This document shows, in pieces, positions 25,996-33,958 of a stretch of 33,958 bases of DNA; position 1 is the stretch's first letter, and every line of letters begins with the position of its first letter. A program made the translations under genes and the position numbers. The notes under the pieces were generated by a model. It worked only from the letters and a program-made list of their open reading frames with translations, ran no database searches and was not told the DNA's origin. Source of the DNA: Myxococcales bacterium (GTDB lineage Bacteria; Myxococcota_A; UBA9042). The stretch covers positions 1-33,958 of the forward strand of contig JBBISH010000069.1 in assembly GCA_037441385.1 (NCBI GenBank), in the 5' to 3' direction.

Positions 25996-28260
25996 ATGCA
26001 CCTGTACCAGAGAATTATCGTGTTGGTGGCCGTGGTTGCCGTAGGTTGCCAAGCTCGGGACCGGGCCCAACCCGCAGCTTCAGCCGGCACAGCGCCGCCT
26101 CCCACGGCTGCCGCAGCCGAGACGGCGACGAAAACCCCCAAGGCCGAAGCGGCACAAGCCGAGCCGCCGTCTGCCGTCGCCCCCGTGGCGGCAGCCAAGG
26201 CCGCAGCCGCCCCAGCGCCGGCCGACCGCGATGAAGCGGCCGCGGACGGCAACTGGGACCCCAAGAAAGCCTATTCCCAGGCTGGTGTTCCCGCTGCTCC
26301 AGGCGCCGCGCAACCGGACCAGGCCGCGGCTGCCAACAAGGCCGACAAGGAATACCGCGGCGATCGAGCGGGTGGGAGCGCTGGTCACGGCTCGGGCGGT
26401 GGCGCGCCCAGTCCCGACGAGCCCAAATTCAAGGCTGAAGAGGCGCCGGTGGCCAAACCCGCGGCGACCAAGGCGGCGAGTGGCCCGAGCGCAGCGCCAG
26501 AGGATGCGAGCCGCGAGTACGCCCGCGATCGCGCGGTGGGCCAAAAGGGCAAGGCCATCGCCGAGTTGGAGAAAAAGACCATCGGAGCGCTGGACACCGG
26601 CCATGCGGACGAGGTCCGCGGTGGTGAAGTTCAGCAAATTCGCAGGGCAGAGCCGATGGCCGCTGGTGCCAGTGTGCACCGGGCAGTGGGGACGGTCATT
26701 CCGAACTACCACAGTGACAAGGTCTTCCGTCCGTTGCCGCAGCGGCCTCTGTTCTATCCGCGCGATGCCCGCTACCGCGCGAACTACCTGCCTGGCCGGG
26801 GCTACTTGGAGCGCTTGGGCGCGGAGGTAAGGAAGATCCCAGCGCAATTGGCGACCTTGTCGCTGCCGGCGGCCACGCCGCGCGTGCGCACCCTGCCGCC
26901 GCCGGACAAGAACAGCATCCGGGTGGCCGTGGATCTGTCGCACAAGGCCCTGCCGATCGAAGGCGGTCAGGCGTTGGTGCGGGTGCGGCTGCGGTCGACG
27001 GACCAACTGCCAACGCGGCGGCCTCCCCTGCGCTTGCATCTGGTGCTCGACCGCTCGGGCAGCATGAAAGGCGAGCCCTGGCGCCAGGTTTGCGCGGCAG
27101 CCAAGGATTTGGCCACCCGCCTGACGCCCGAGGACCGCCTGTCGGTGGTGGTGTACAGCGACGAAGCCCGCGTCCTGACGCCGACGCTGAGCGGCGGCCC
27201 GCAACTGGGGGCAGTGGCGGCGGAAATCTGCAAGATGGCCCCCAAGGGCGAAACGAATACCCAAGCCGGCCTGGCCCTGGGCTACCAGCAAGCGCGGCTG
27301 GCCTACGATCCAGGCTCGGTCAATCGGGTGCTGCTGGTGTCGGACGGGATGCCGACCATCGGTCCCAACGACCCGTACCGCCTCACGATCGAGACTGCGC
27401 GCGCCCTGGGTGAAGGCATCACCACCTCGGCGCTGGGCGTGGGTCGCGACTTTGACGCGCTGCTCATGGACCGCATCGCCCTGGAGGGTGGCGGTAACCA
27501 CCACTTTGTCCGCGATGTGGCGGCGTTGCCTACGGTTTTGACCGACGAGCTCGAGGTACTGGCGCACCAGGCCGCCGAGGCGGTGGATGTGCGAATTCGC
27601 CTGGCCGACGACATTCAACTGCTCGAAGTGATTGGCTCGGAGCCGCTCAGCGACGCCGAGGCACTGCGTGCGCGCCAGGTCGAGGTGGCCGGCGACCAGC
27701 GGCTGCAGCGCGATCAGGGCATCGCCGCCGACCGCCAAAAAGACCGCGACGGCGGCGTGCGCTTCTTGCTGCCCACTTTCCGCGCGGGCGACGAGCACGC
27801 CTTCTTGCTGCGCGTGGGCGTGCCGCCGGGCAGTGGTCGCCACGAGGTTGTGCGGGTCGAGGTGCGCTACAAGGACATGATCGCCAACCGCAATGCCGCC
27901 TTTGTCGGCGGCCGTGGCATCGAGCTGGGCGTGCCCGGCGAGACCGCCGAAGCCCAAGCCGACACTGACGTCCTACTGGCCGAAGCCGAGGCTCGCGCTG
28001 CCGACGCCTTGCAGCGGGCAAGCGAGTACTTGGATGGCGCTAACCTCCCCGAAATTCGGCAGGAATTGTATCGCGCGGCCCTGGCCGTGCAGCGTGCCGC
28101 GGACCGCTCGGGTAGCGCGTTGGCCCACAGCGACGCCGATCGCCTGCGCCAACTCGCCGATGGTTTGGCGACCGCGATGAACTCTGGCCATCGGACCTGG
28201 ATGGTCGGAGTTTTCCATTACTATTGGCGGACTTGCGGCATGACCGCTTGGGAGGGCTAG
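25996..28260 (+). CDS. VWA (von Willebrand factor A) domain lipoprotein with long Ala/Pro/Lys-rich tether
   Basis: AAGGA RBS, lipobox AVGC, MIDAS LVLDRSGSM...G.TN...LVSDG and GVG.DFD..LM..IA..GGG. Confidence 0.85.
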   Translation: MHLYQRIIVLVAVVAVGCQARDRAQPAASAGTAPPPTAAAAETATKTPKAEAAQAEPPSAVAPVAAAKAAAAPAPADRDEAAADGNWDPKKAYSQAGVPAAPGAAQPDQAAAANKADKEYRGDRAGGSAGHGSGGGAPSPDEPKFKAEEAPVAKPAATKAASGPSAAPEDASREYARDRAVGQKGKAIAELEKKTIGALDTGHADEVRGGEVQQIRRAEPMAAGASVHRAVGTVIPNYHSDKVFRPLPQRPLFYPRDARYRANYLPGRGYLERLGAEVRKIPAQLATLSLPAATPRVRTLPPPDKNSIRVAVDLSHKALPIEGGQALVRVRLRSTDQLPTRRPPLRLHLVLDRSGSMKGEPWRQVCAAAKDLATRLTPEDRLSVVVYSDEARVLTPTLSGGPQLGAVAAEICKMAPKGETNTQAGLALGYQQARLAYDPGSVNRVLLVSDGMPTIGPNDPYRLTIETARALGEGITTSALGVGRDFDALLMDRIALEGGGNHHFVRDVAALPTVLTDELEVLAHQAAEAVDVRIRLADDIQLLEVIGSEPLSDAEALRARQVEVAGDQRLQRDQGIAADRQKDRDGGVRFLLPTFRAGDEHAFLLRVGVPPGSGRHEVVRVEVRYKDMIANRNAAFVGGRGIELGVPGETAEAQADTDVLLAEAEARAADALQRASEYLDGANLPEIRQELYRAALAVQRAADRSGSALAHSDADRLRQLADGLATAMNSGHRTWMVGVFHYYWRTCGMTAWEG

Positions 28261-28402
28261 CCATCGTCGGCGACCGAGCCGCCATGGCTGCCTGAGCCGA
28301 GTTCCTCTGTAATATCCTACAGGTGTGCGCCGGGCGGTTGTCGACCTGGCCGACATTGCCCAGGCTTCGCACTCGTCCGCCGCTGCGGAGCTGGATCGTG
28401 CC

Positions 28403-29380
28403 GTGCGCCACCTGTGTGCCTTTCCCCTGATTATTAGCTTGCTTGCCGCCTGCAGCGCGCCGGCCGTGGCGCCCTGCCCGGTCCAGGTGTCCACTCCGGC
28501 GGGGCTGCAGCGCGACGTGAGTCCACGCCAGGGTTTTGGCGGAGTTGCTCTGTCTGTGCAGCGCTGGCGCGACCCGAGCAAGCCGCTTCGGGCGACCTTG
28601 GTCTTGGTGCATGGCCTCAAGGATCACGGCGATCACTATGCGGAATTTTCTGCGCGGCTGGCCCGACTAGGAGTCCAGGTCGTGGCGGCCGATCTGCGCG
28701 GGCATGGGCGATCGGGGGGCGAGCGCGTTTGGGTCGAGCACTTTGACGAATACCTGGAGGACACGGCCGCGCTGGTGACGGCGGTGCAGGCAGAGGCCCC
28801 GCAGCGTCCCGTGTTTCTGTTTGGGCATTCGATGGGCGGCGCGATCGCGACCCTCACGCTTCTGGACAAGAAGTCGTCGATTTCGGGTCTGATTTTGAGC
28901 GCACCGGCGCTGGTGCCGGGGGCGGATGTCTCGGGATTCCTGATCGGGGTGACCAAGGCGCTCGCCAGTATTGCCCCGCATAGCCACGTTCTGGATCTGC
29001 CGGACGAGAAATTCTCGCGCGATCCCAAGGTGGTGGCCGGGATGGCCTGCGATCCACTCATCGATCACGAGAAGGCTCCGGCTCGCACGGCCGCCGAGCT
29101 GCTGAAGGCGCTGGCGCGCATCGAAGCCGGGATGGGCGACGTGGCGGTGCCGCTTTTGGTGCTGCACGGCACGGCGGATGTGGTGACCAATCCAGAGGGC
29201 AGCAAGCAGCTGGTCGCCAAGGCGAAATCGCCGGACAAGACCCTCAAGCTGTTCCCGGGGCTGTACCACGACCTGTGGCACGAGCCCGAGCACGCACAGG
29301 TTGAGGATGCTACACTGGCGTGGCTGACGAGCCACCTGGGCCCGGAGCTGCCCGCTTCGAGCACGCCCACCACCAAATAG
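28403..29380 (+). CDS. Lysophospholipase / monoacylglycerol lipase family alpha/beta hydrolase, probable lipoprotein
   Basis: HGLKDH, DLRGHGRS, GHSMGG, HGTAD and YHDL. Lipobox LAAC is reached from GTG 28403 (the ORF is open from 28325). Confidence 0.88.
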   Translation: MRHLCAFPLIISLLAACSAPAVAPCPVQVSTPAGLQRDVSPRQGFGGVALSVQRWRDPSKPLRATLVLVHGLKDHGDHYAEFSARLARLGVQVVAADLRGHGRSGGERVWVEHFDEYLEDTAALVTAVQAEAPQRPVFLFGHSMGGAIATLTLLDKKSSISGLILSAPALVPGADVSGFLIGVTKALASIAPHSHVLDLPDEKFSRDPKVVAGMACDPLIDHEKAPARTAAELLKALARIEAGMGDVAVPLLVLHGTADVVTNPEGSKQLVAKAKSPDKTLKLFPGLYHDLWHEPEHAQVEDATLAWLTSHLGPELPASSTPTTK

Positions 29381-29464
29381 ACAGCGAATTTGCCCCCGTC
29401 GCCTTGCCTGCGGTCGCCAGCTGAACGGGTCGAAGACCCTTACCGGACACCAAAGGTTGCGATC

Positions 29465-30475
29465 ATGCACGTCGTTGAACTTCGCGAATTCGGCATTGCC
29501 CACCTGCACATGACCGAGCGGCCCGACCCGACGCTGGCGCCGGAGCAGGTGCTGGTGCGGGTGCGGGCGGCATCGCTCAACTACCGCGATTTGATGATGA
29601 TTCAGGGGCGATACAACCCCCGGCAACCCTTGCCGCTGGTGCCCTGCAGCGATGGCGCGGGCGAGGTGGTGGCGGTGGGGAGCGCGGTCGATCGCGTCCA
29701 GGTCGGCGATCGGGTGGTGGGGCTGTTTGCGCAGAAATGGTTTGGCGGGGAGCCAACTCGCGAGCAATTACGGGCAACTTTGGGTGGCCCGCTGGATGGT
29801 TCGCTGCAAGAACTTTGGGTTTTACATCAAGATGGCGTGGCTAAATTCCCACAGCACATGAGCTTTCGCGAGGCGGCTACCTTGCCCTGTGCGGCCCTGA
29901 CCGCTTGGACGGCGCTGGTCGATCACGGCCACGTGCAGCCGGGCGAGACGGTGCTTTTGCAGGGAACTGGCGGAGTTTCGGTGTTCGCCCTGCAGATCGC
30001 CAAGCTGGCGGGGGCGCGCTGTATCGTGACGTCGTCTAGCCCGCAGAAGCGCGAGCGCGCCGAACAGTTGGGCGCGTGGCGGACGGTGGACTATCGCGAG
30101 GACCCGAATTGGCACAAGACGGCGCTGGCGCTGACGGGCGGTCGCGGCGTGGACCATGTGGTCGAGGTGGGCGGGGCCGGCACGCTGGCCAAGTCCCTGC
30201 TGGCGGTGCGCGGCGGCGGCCACGTGGCGGTGATCGGCGTGTTGAGCGGTGGTGCGGGCGAACTACCCGTGACGGCGATCCTAATGAATGCCTTGCATAT
30301 CCACGGTGTGCTGGTGGGGCACCGCCAGAGTTTTGAGGCGATGTGCCGGGCCTTTGAGCAGGCCGAACTGCGGCCGGTGGTGGATCAGGCGTTTTCGTGG
30401 CGCGATCTGGAGCCGGCTCTGCAGCGCATGGAGCAGGCGCAGCACTTTGGCAAGATCGTGCTGGACATCGACTGA
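29465..30475 (+). CDS. MDR-superfamily NAD(P)-dependent oxidoreductase (zinc-independent, quinone-reductase-like)
   Basis: SLNYRD, PCSDGAGEV, TLPCAALTAW, GTGGVS and HFGKIV. Confidence 0.9.
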   Translation: MHVVELREFGIAHLHMTERPDPTLAPEQVLVRVRAASLNYRDLMMIQGRYNPRQPLPLVPCSDGAGEVVAVGSAVDRVQVGDRVVGLFAQKWFGGEPTREQLRATLGGPLDGSLQELWVLHQDGVAKFPQHMSFREAATLPCAALTAWTALVDHGHVQPGETVLLQGTGGVSVFALQIAKLAGARCIVTSSSPQKRERAEQLGAWRTVDYREDPNWHKTALALTGGRGVDHVVEVGGAGTLAKSLLAVRGGGHVAVIGVLSGGAGELPVTAILMNALHIHGVLVGHRQSFEAMCRAFEQAELRPVVDQAFSWRDLEPALQRMEQAQHFGKIVLDID

Positions 30476-30586
30476 TCGCCGTCGCAGCTTGGACCACGTA
30501 ATCGCAGCAACCGTCGCGGGATTCGCGCTGCGCCGTGGTACATGCGGCGGCGGTTGCCTAGACTGCCGGCCAACCGGGAGGACCCC

Positions 30587-33247
30587 ATGACGCCAAGCCC
30601 CTTGCCCCATCTGGATGCCCGCATCGACCCCGCGCAGTGGTCGGTGCAGCACGACCGCGACGCCGTGGAGACCGCCGAGTGGGTCGAGTCGCTGCAGGCC
30701 GTCGTCGAGGCCGCTGGGCCCGACCGCGCCCACTTCTTGCTGCGCCGCCTGCACGAGGCCTTGCAGACCGAGGGCGTGCGGCTGCCGTACCTGGTGCTGT
30801 CGCCGTACGTGAACACGATCGCGCCCGACGCCGAGCCGAAGTACCCCGGCGATTTGGCGATCGAAAAGCGGATCCGCCGGATGGTGCGCTGGAACGCGGC
30901 GGTGATGGTGCACCGGGCCAACCGGCGGTTCGAGGGGCTGGGCGGTCACCTGTCGACGTATGCCTCTGCGGCGATGCTGTACGAGGTGGGCTTCAACCAC
31001 GCCTTCCGGAGCCCGCTGCACCCGCAGGGCGGCGATCAGGTGTTTTTCCAGGGGCATGCGTCGCCGGGGATGTACGCGCGGGCGTTTCTGGAGGGCCGTC
31101 TGTCGCGCGAGCAGCTGGAGCACTTCCGCCGCGAGGCGCGGCCGATCGCGGGTGCCGTGGCAGACCCGTCGCTCGTATCGCATGGGTTGCGCGGGCTTTC
31201 GAGCTATCCCCACCCGCGCCTGATGCCGGATTTTTGGCAGTTCAGCACGGTGTCGATGGGCTTGGGGCCGATTGCTGCGATCTATCAGGCGCGGATGAAT
31301 CGCTACCTGCATGCCCGCGGTCTGGTCGACACGTCGCAGAGCCGGGTGTGGTGCTTTGCGGGCGACGGTGAGACGGACGAGCCCGAGACGCTGGGCGCCC
31401 TGTCGCTCGCGGCGCGTGAGGGGTTGGACAACCTGATTTTCGTAGTGAATTGCAACCTACAGCGGTTGGACGGCCCGGTGCGCGGCAACGGCAAGATCAT
31501 CCAGGAGCTGGAGTCGGTGTTCAACGGCGCCGGCTGGAACGTGATCAAGGTGCTGTGGGGCGCGGCGTGGGATGGGCTGTTGAGCGGCCCGGCGGCGGGT
31601 GTGCTGCGGCAGCGCTTTGCCGAGGTGGTGGACGGCGAATTCCAGAAGTACGTGACCAGCGACATGGACTACGTGCGCGAGAATTTCTTTGGCAAATATC
31701 CGGAGTTGCGCGAGCTGGTCCAGAGCCTGTCCAATCACCAGCTGCGGCGGATGCATCGGGGCGGTCACGACCCGGTGAAGGTGTATGCGGCGTACCACGC
31801 GGCCCAGCAGGGCGCGCTGAATCGGACCGGCAAGCCGACGGTGATCTTGGCGCACACGGTGAAGGGCTACACGCTGGGCGAGGGGATCGAAGGCCGCAAT
31901 GCCACGCACCAGCAGAAGAAGTTTGGCCTGCAGGAGCTCAAGGCGTTCCGGAACGTGCTGGAGTTGCCGATCCGCGACGAGGAGCTGGAGGACCCGCCGT
32001 TCTTCCACCCGGGCAAAGACAGCCCGGAAGTTGAGTACATGCTGGAGCGGCGGCGGCTGTTGGGCGGGCCGTTGCCGGCGCGGGTCGAGGCGGCCCCCAA
32101 GTCGCTGCAACCCGCGGCGGGCCTGTGGGGCAAGTTCACGGGCGGGTCGGGGAGCAGCGAAGTGTCGACGACGAATGCGTTTGTCGGCGTGCTGAACGCG
32201 CTGGTGCGGGACCCGAACGTGGGGAAGGCAGTCGTGCCGATCCTCTGCGACGAGGGCCGCACCTTTGGCATGGAGTCGATGTTCAAGCCGTTTGGCATCT
32301 ACTCGCCGCTGGGGCAGCTGTACACGCCGGTGGACGCGGACTTCTTGATGGCGTACCGCGAGGCAACGGACGGTCAGGTGCTTCAGGAGGGAATCTCGGA
32401 GGCGGGGTCGCTGGCGTCGTGGCTGGCGGCGGCGACATCGTACAGCACGCACGGCAAGCAGCTGTTTCCGTTCTACTTGTACTACTCGATGTTCGGCTTC
32501 CAGCGGGTCGGCGACCAGATCTGGCAGGCCGCGGACATGAACGCGCGCGGGTTCCTGCTGGGCTGCACGGCCGGACGGACCACCTTGATGGGCGAGGGGC
32601 TGCAGCATCAGGACGGGCACTCGCTGCTCATCGCGGCCTGCAACCCCGGCGTGGTCGCGTACGAGCCGGCGTATGCCTATGATATTGCCGTGATCATCCG
32701 CGAGGGGATGCGCCGGATGGCTGCCGGCGAGAACGTGATCTATTACCTTACGCTTCAGAACCAAGCCTATGCGATGCCTGCGATTCCGGAGGGCGTCGAG
32801 GATGCGATCCTCCGCGGTCTGTACCGGCTCCGGACGTCCGAGGCCCTGGGCGGTGCCCCGGCGACGCTGCAGCTGTTGGGCTCCGGCGTGATCCTGCTGG
32901 AAGTCCTGAAGGCGCAAGAGATCCTGCTGCGGGACCACGGCATCGCCGCCGACGTCTGGAACGTGACCTCGTACAGTCAGCTCCGGCGCGAGGCCCAGGC
33001 TGCGGCCGCGCCCAAGGATTCCTGGCTGATTCAGCAGTTGGGGCCGACCATCGGGCCCATCATCGCCACCAGCGACTGGTCGCGGATGTGGCCGGACCTG
33101 CTCGCGCCCTGGCTCGCCGGGCGGCTCAGCTCCCTCGGCACCGATGGTTTTGGCCTGTCGGACACGCGCGAGGGCCTCCGCAGCCACTTCGGCGTGGACG
33201 CGGCGAGCATCGTTGCCCACGTGCTCCATGCTCGCGGCGCCGCCTGA
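30587..33247 (+). CDS. aceE: Pyruvate dehydrogenase E1, homodimeric type
   Basis: ETAEW..SL, PYVNTI, GGHLST, QGHASPG.YARAFLEGRL, LSSYPHP, TVSMGLGP, GDGETDEPE, NCNLQRLDGPVRGN and GEGLQHQDG. GGGAGG RBS. Confidence 0.96.
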   Translation: MTPSPLPHLDARIDPAQWSVQHDRDAVETAEWVESLQAVVEAAGPDRAHFLLRRLHEALQTEGVRLPYLVLSPYVNTIAPDAEPKYPGDLAIEKRIRRMVRWNAAVMVHRANRRFEGLGGHLSTYASAAMLYEVGFNHAFRSPLHPQGGDQVFFQGHASPGMYARAFLEGRLSREQLEHFRREARPIAGAVADPSLVSHGLRGLSSYPHPRLMPDFWQFSTVSMGLGPIAAIYQARMNRYLHARGLVDTSQSRVWCFAGDGETDEPETLGALSLAAREGLDNLIFVVNCNLQRLDGPVRGNGKIIQELESVFNGAGWNVIKVLWGAAWDGLLSGPAAGVLRQRFAEVVDGEFQKYVTSDMDYVRENFFGKYPELRELVQSLSNHQLRRMHRGGHDPVKVYAAYHAAQQGALNRTGKPTVILAHTVKGYTLGEGIEGRNATHQQKKFGLQELKAFRNVLELPIRDEELEDPPFFHPGKDSPEVEYMLERRRLLGGPLPARVEAAPKSLQPAAGLWGKFTGGSGSSEVSTTNAFVGVLNALVRDPNVGKAVVPILCDEGRTFGMESMFKPFGIYSPLGQLYTPVDADFLMAYREATDGQVLQEGISEAGSLASWLAAATSYSTHGKQLFPFYLYYSMFGFQRVGDQIWQAADMNARGFLLGCTAGRTTLMGEGLQHQDGHSLLIAACNPGVVAYEPAYAYDIAVIIREGMRRMAAGENVIYYLTLQNQAYAMPAIPEGVEDAILRGLYRLRTSEALGGAPATLQLLGSGVILLEVLKAQEILLRDHGIAADVWNVTSYSQLRREAQAAAAPKDSWLIQQLGPTIGPIIATSDWSRMWPDLLAPWLAGRLSSLGTDGFGLSDTREGLRSHFGVDAASIVAHVLHARGAA

Positions 33248-33262
33248 TCGCCTCCATTCGCG

Positions 33263-33438
33263 TTGGGGGGCAATTTCTACCTCGCGAAATGATTGCGTTC
33301 AGTGCCGGCGGTCAGAGGAATCGGTCCAACATGGAAGGGGCAGTCGCGCCGCTCGGCAGTAGGACTCGATCTGCGCCACGATCGCCCCGTGGCAGCAGCA
33401 ACAGCTTGGGGGGCAATTTCTACATTGCGAAATGATTG
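33263..33438. repeat. Two 33-bp direct repeats (33263-33295 and 33406-33438), REP-like, next to the RAYT gene
   Basis: TTGGGGGGCAATTTCTAC(CTC/ATT)GCGAAATGATTG, 31/33 identical, 143-bp period. Confidence 0.85.
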
Positions 33439-33564
33439 GTCTTTGGGCGCGTGGCCTCAGCGCCGGTTGGGCAAGTGGCAATTTTTTGGCCCGGACCCGC
33501 GGCAAAATCCCGGCTCGCGTCGATCACCAGGATCAGCGGACCAGGAGTGTCCGCTGGGACCGCT

Positions 33565-33958
33565 ATGCCGATTCGCCTCTACGACCCCAGTCTGCTGCAC
33601 CTCGTCACGCTGCGCACGCTGGACGGGAAGTTCTCGCTCTGCACGGAAGACCCCGTTTTTCAAGAACACCTGATCGGCGCGATGGCCGAGGCCCAGGCCG
33701 CGACGGGCGTCAGGGTCCACGCGTTCACCGTGATGGCGAATCACTACCATGGGCTCTACTCGGCTGATTTTCCGCAGCAAATGGCGGACTTCCTCTGCCT
33801 GTTCCACGCCGCAGTCGGCCGACTGGTCAACAAACGCTTTGCTCGGCGCGGGCCGATGTGGGAGCAGCGCGCGCATGTGCTGCCGGTACTCCCTGGCGAG
33901 AAAACCGAAGTCGAAGCGCTGAGATATGTGGTCATGCAGGCCGTCAAGGCCGGGCTGG
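33565..33958 (+). mobile_element. REP-associated tyrosine transposase (RAYT, Y1/HUH, IS200-like fold), 3'-truncated by the window edge
   Basis: Manual translation from ATG 33565: MPIRLYDPSLLHLVTLRT...VHAFTVMANHYHGL...RRGPMWEQR...LRYVVMQAVKAGL. It has the HUH motif HYH and the candidate catalytic Tyr. It is absent from the ORF track because there is no stop in the window. Confidence 0.85.

Noticed and set aside
2079..33229. Many long antisense or alternate-frame ORFs (e.g. 2269..3918-, 4207..5637+, 7408..8883-, 10932..12584-, 12627..14198-, 26080..27957-, 31457..33229-)
   Set aside because: They are shadows of well-supported genes in high-GC DNA, with low-complexity Arg/Gly/Ala-rich translations and no motifs.
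33263..33438. 33-bp repeats as a mini CRISPR array
   Set aside because: There are only two copies, the 110-bp spacer is too long and no cas genes are present. The adjacent RAYT explains them better.
33293..33947. ORF-track calls at the right edge (33293..33673+, 33432..33767+, 33457..33876-, 33756..33947-)
   Set aside because: They have no motifs. The real coding frame is the RAYT starting at 33565.

Overview
High-GC bacterial chromosomal window, most likely Myxococcota/Deltaproteobacteria (inferred from a MYXO-CTERM tail, Cys-rich lipoproteins and a TSP3-OmpA protein). About 24 genes can be supported. In order: cell-surface and lipid genes (OmpA/TSP3, lipase-like lipoprotein, DUF1517, Cys-repeat lipoprotein, PAP2 phosphatase, DUF2330, thioredoxin-like lipoprotein); a three-gene ether-lipid operon of eukaryotic peroxisomal type (alkyl-DHAP synthase, fatty acyl-CoA reductase/DHAP acyltransferase fusion, extended SDR); a yfgM/bamB-like pair; hemE-hemY-hemA-fieF; eukaryote-type methionine-salvage genes mtnB-mtnD; a VWA lipoprotein, lysophospholipase, MDR oxidoreductase and aceE. 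At the right edge is a REP-associated tyrosine transposase (RAYT) missing from the ORF track, preceded by two 33-bp repeats, with a related copy about 9.4 kb upstream. No rRNA, tRNA or CRISPR array was seen. All family calls come from motif recognition and recall; no database search was run.
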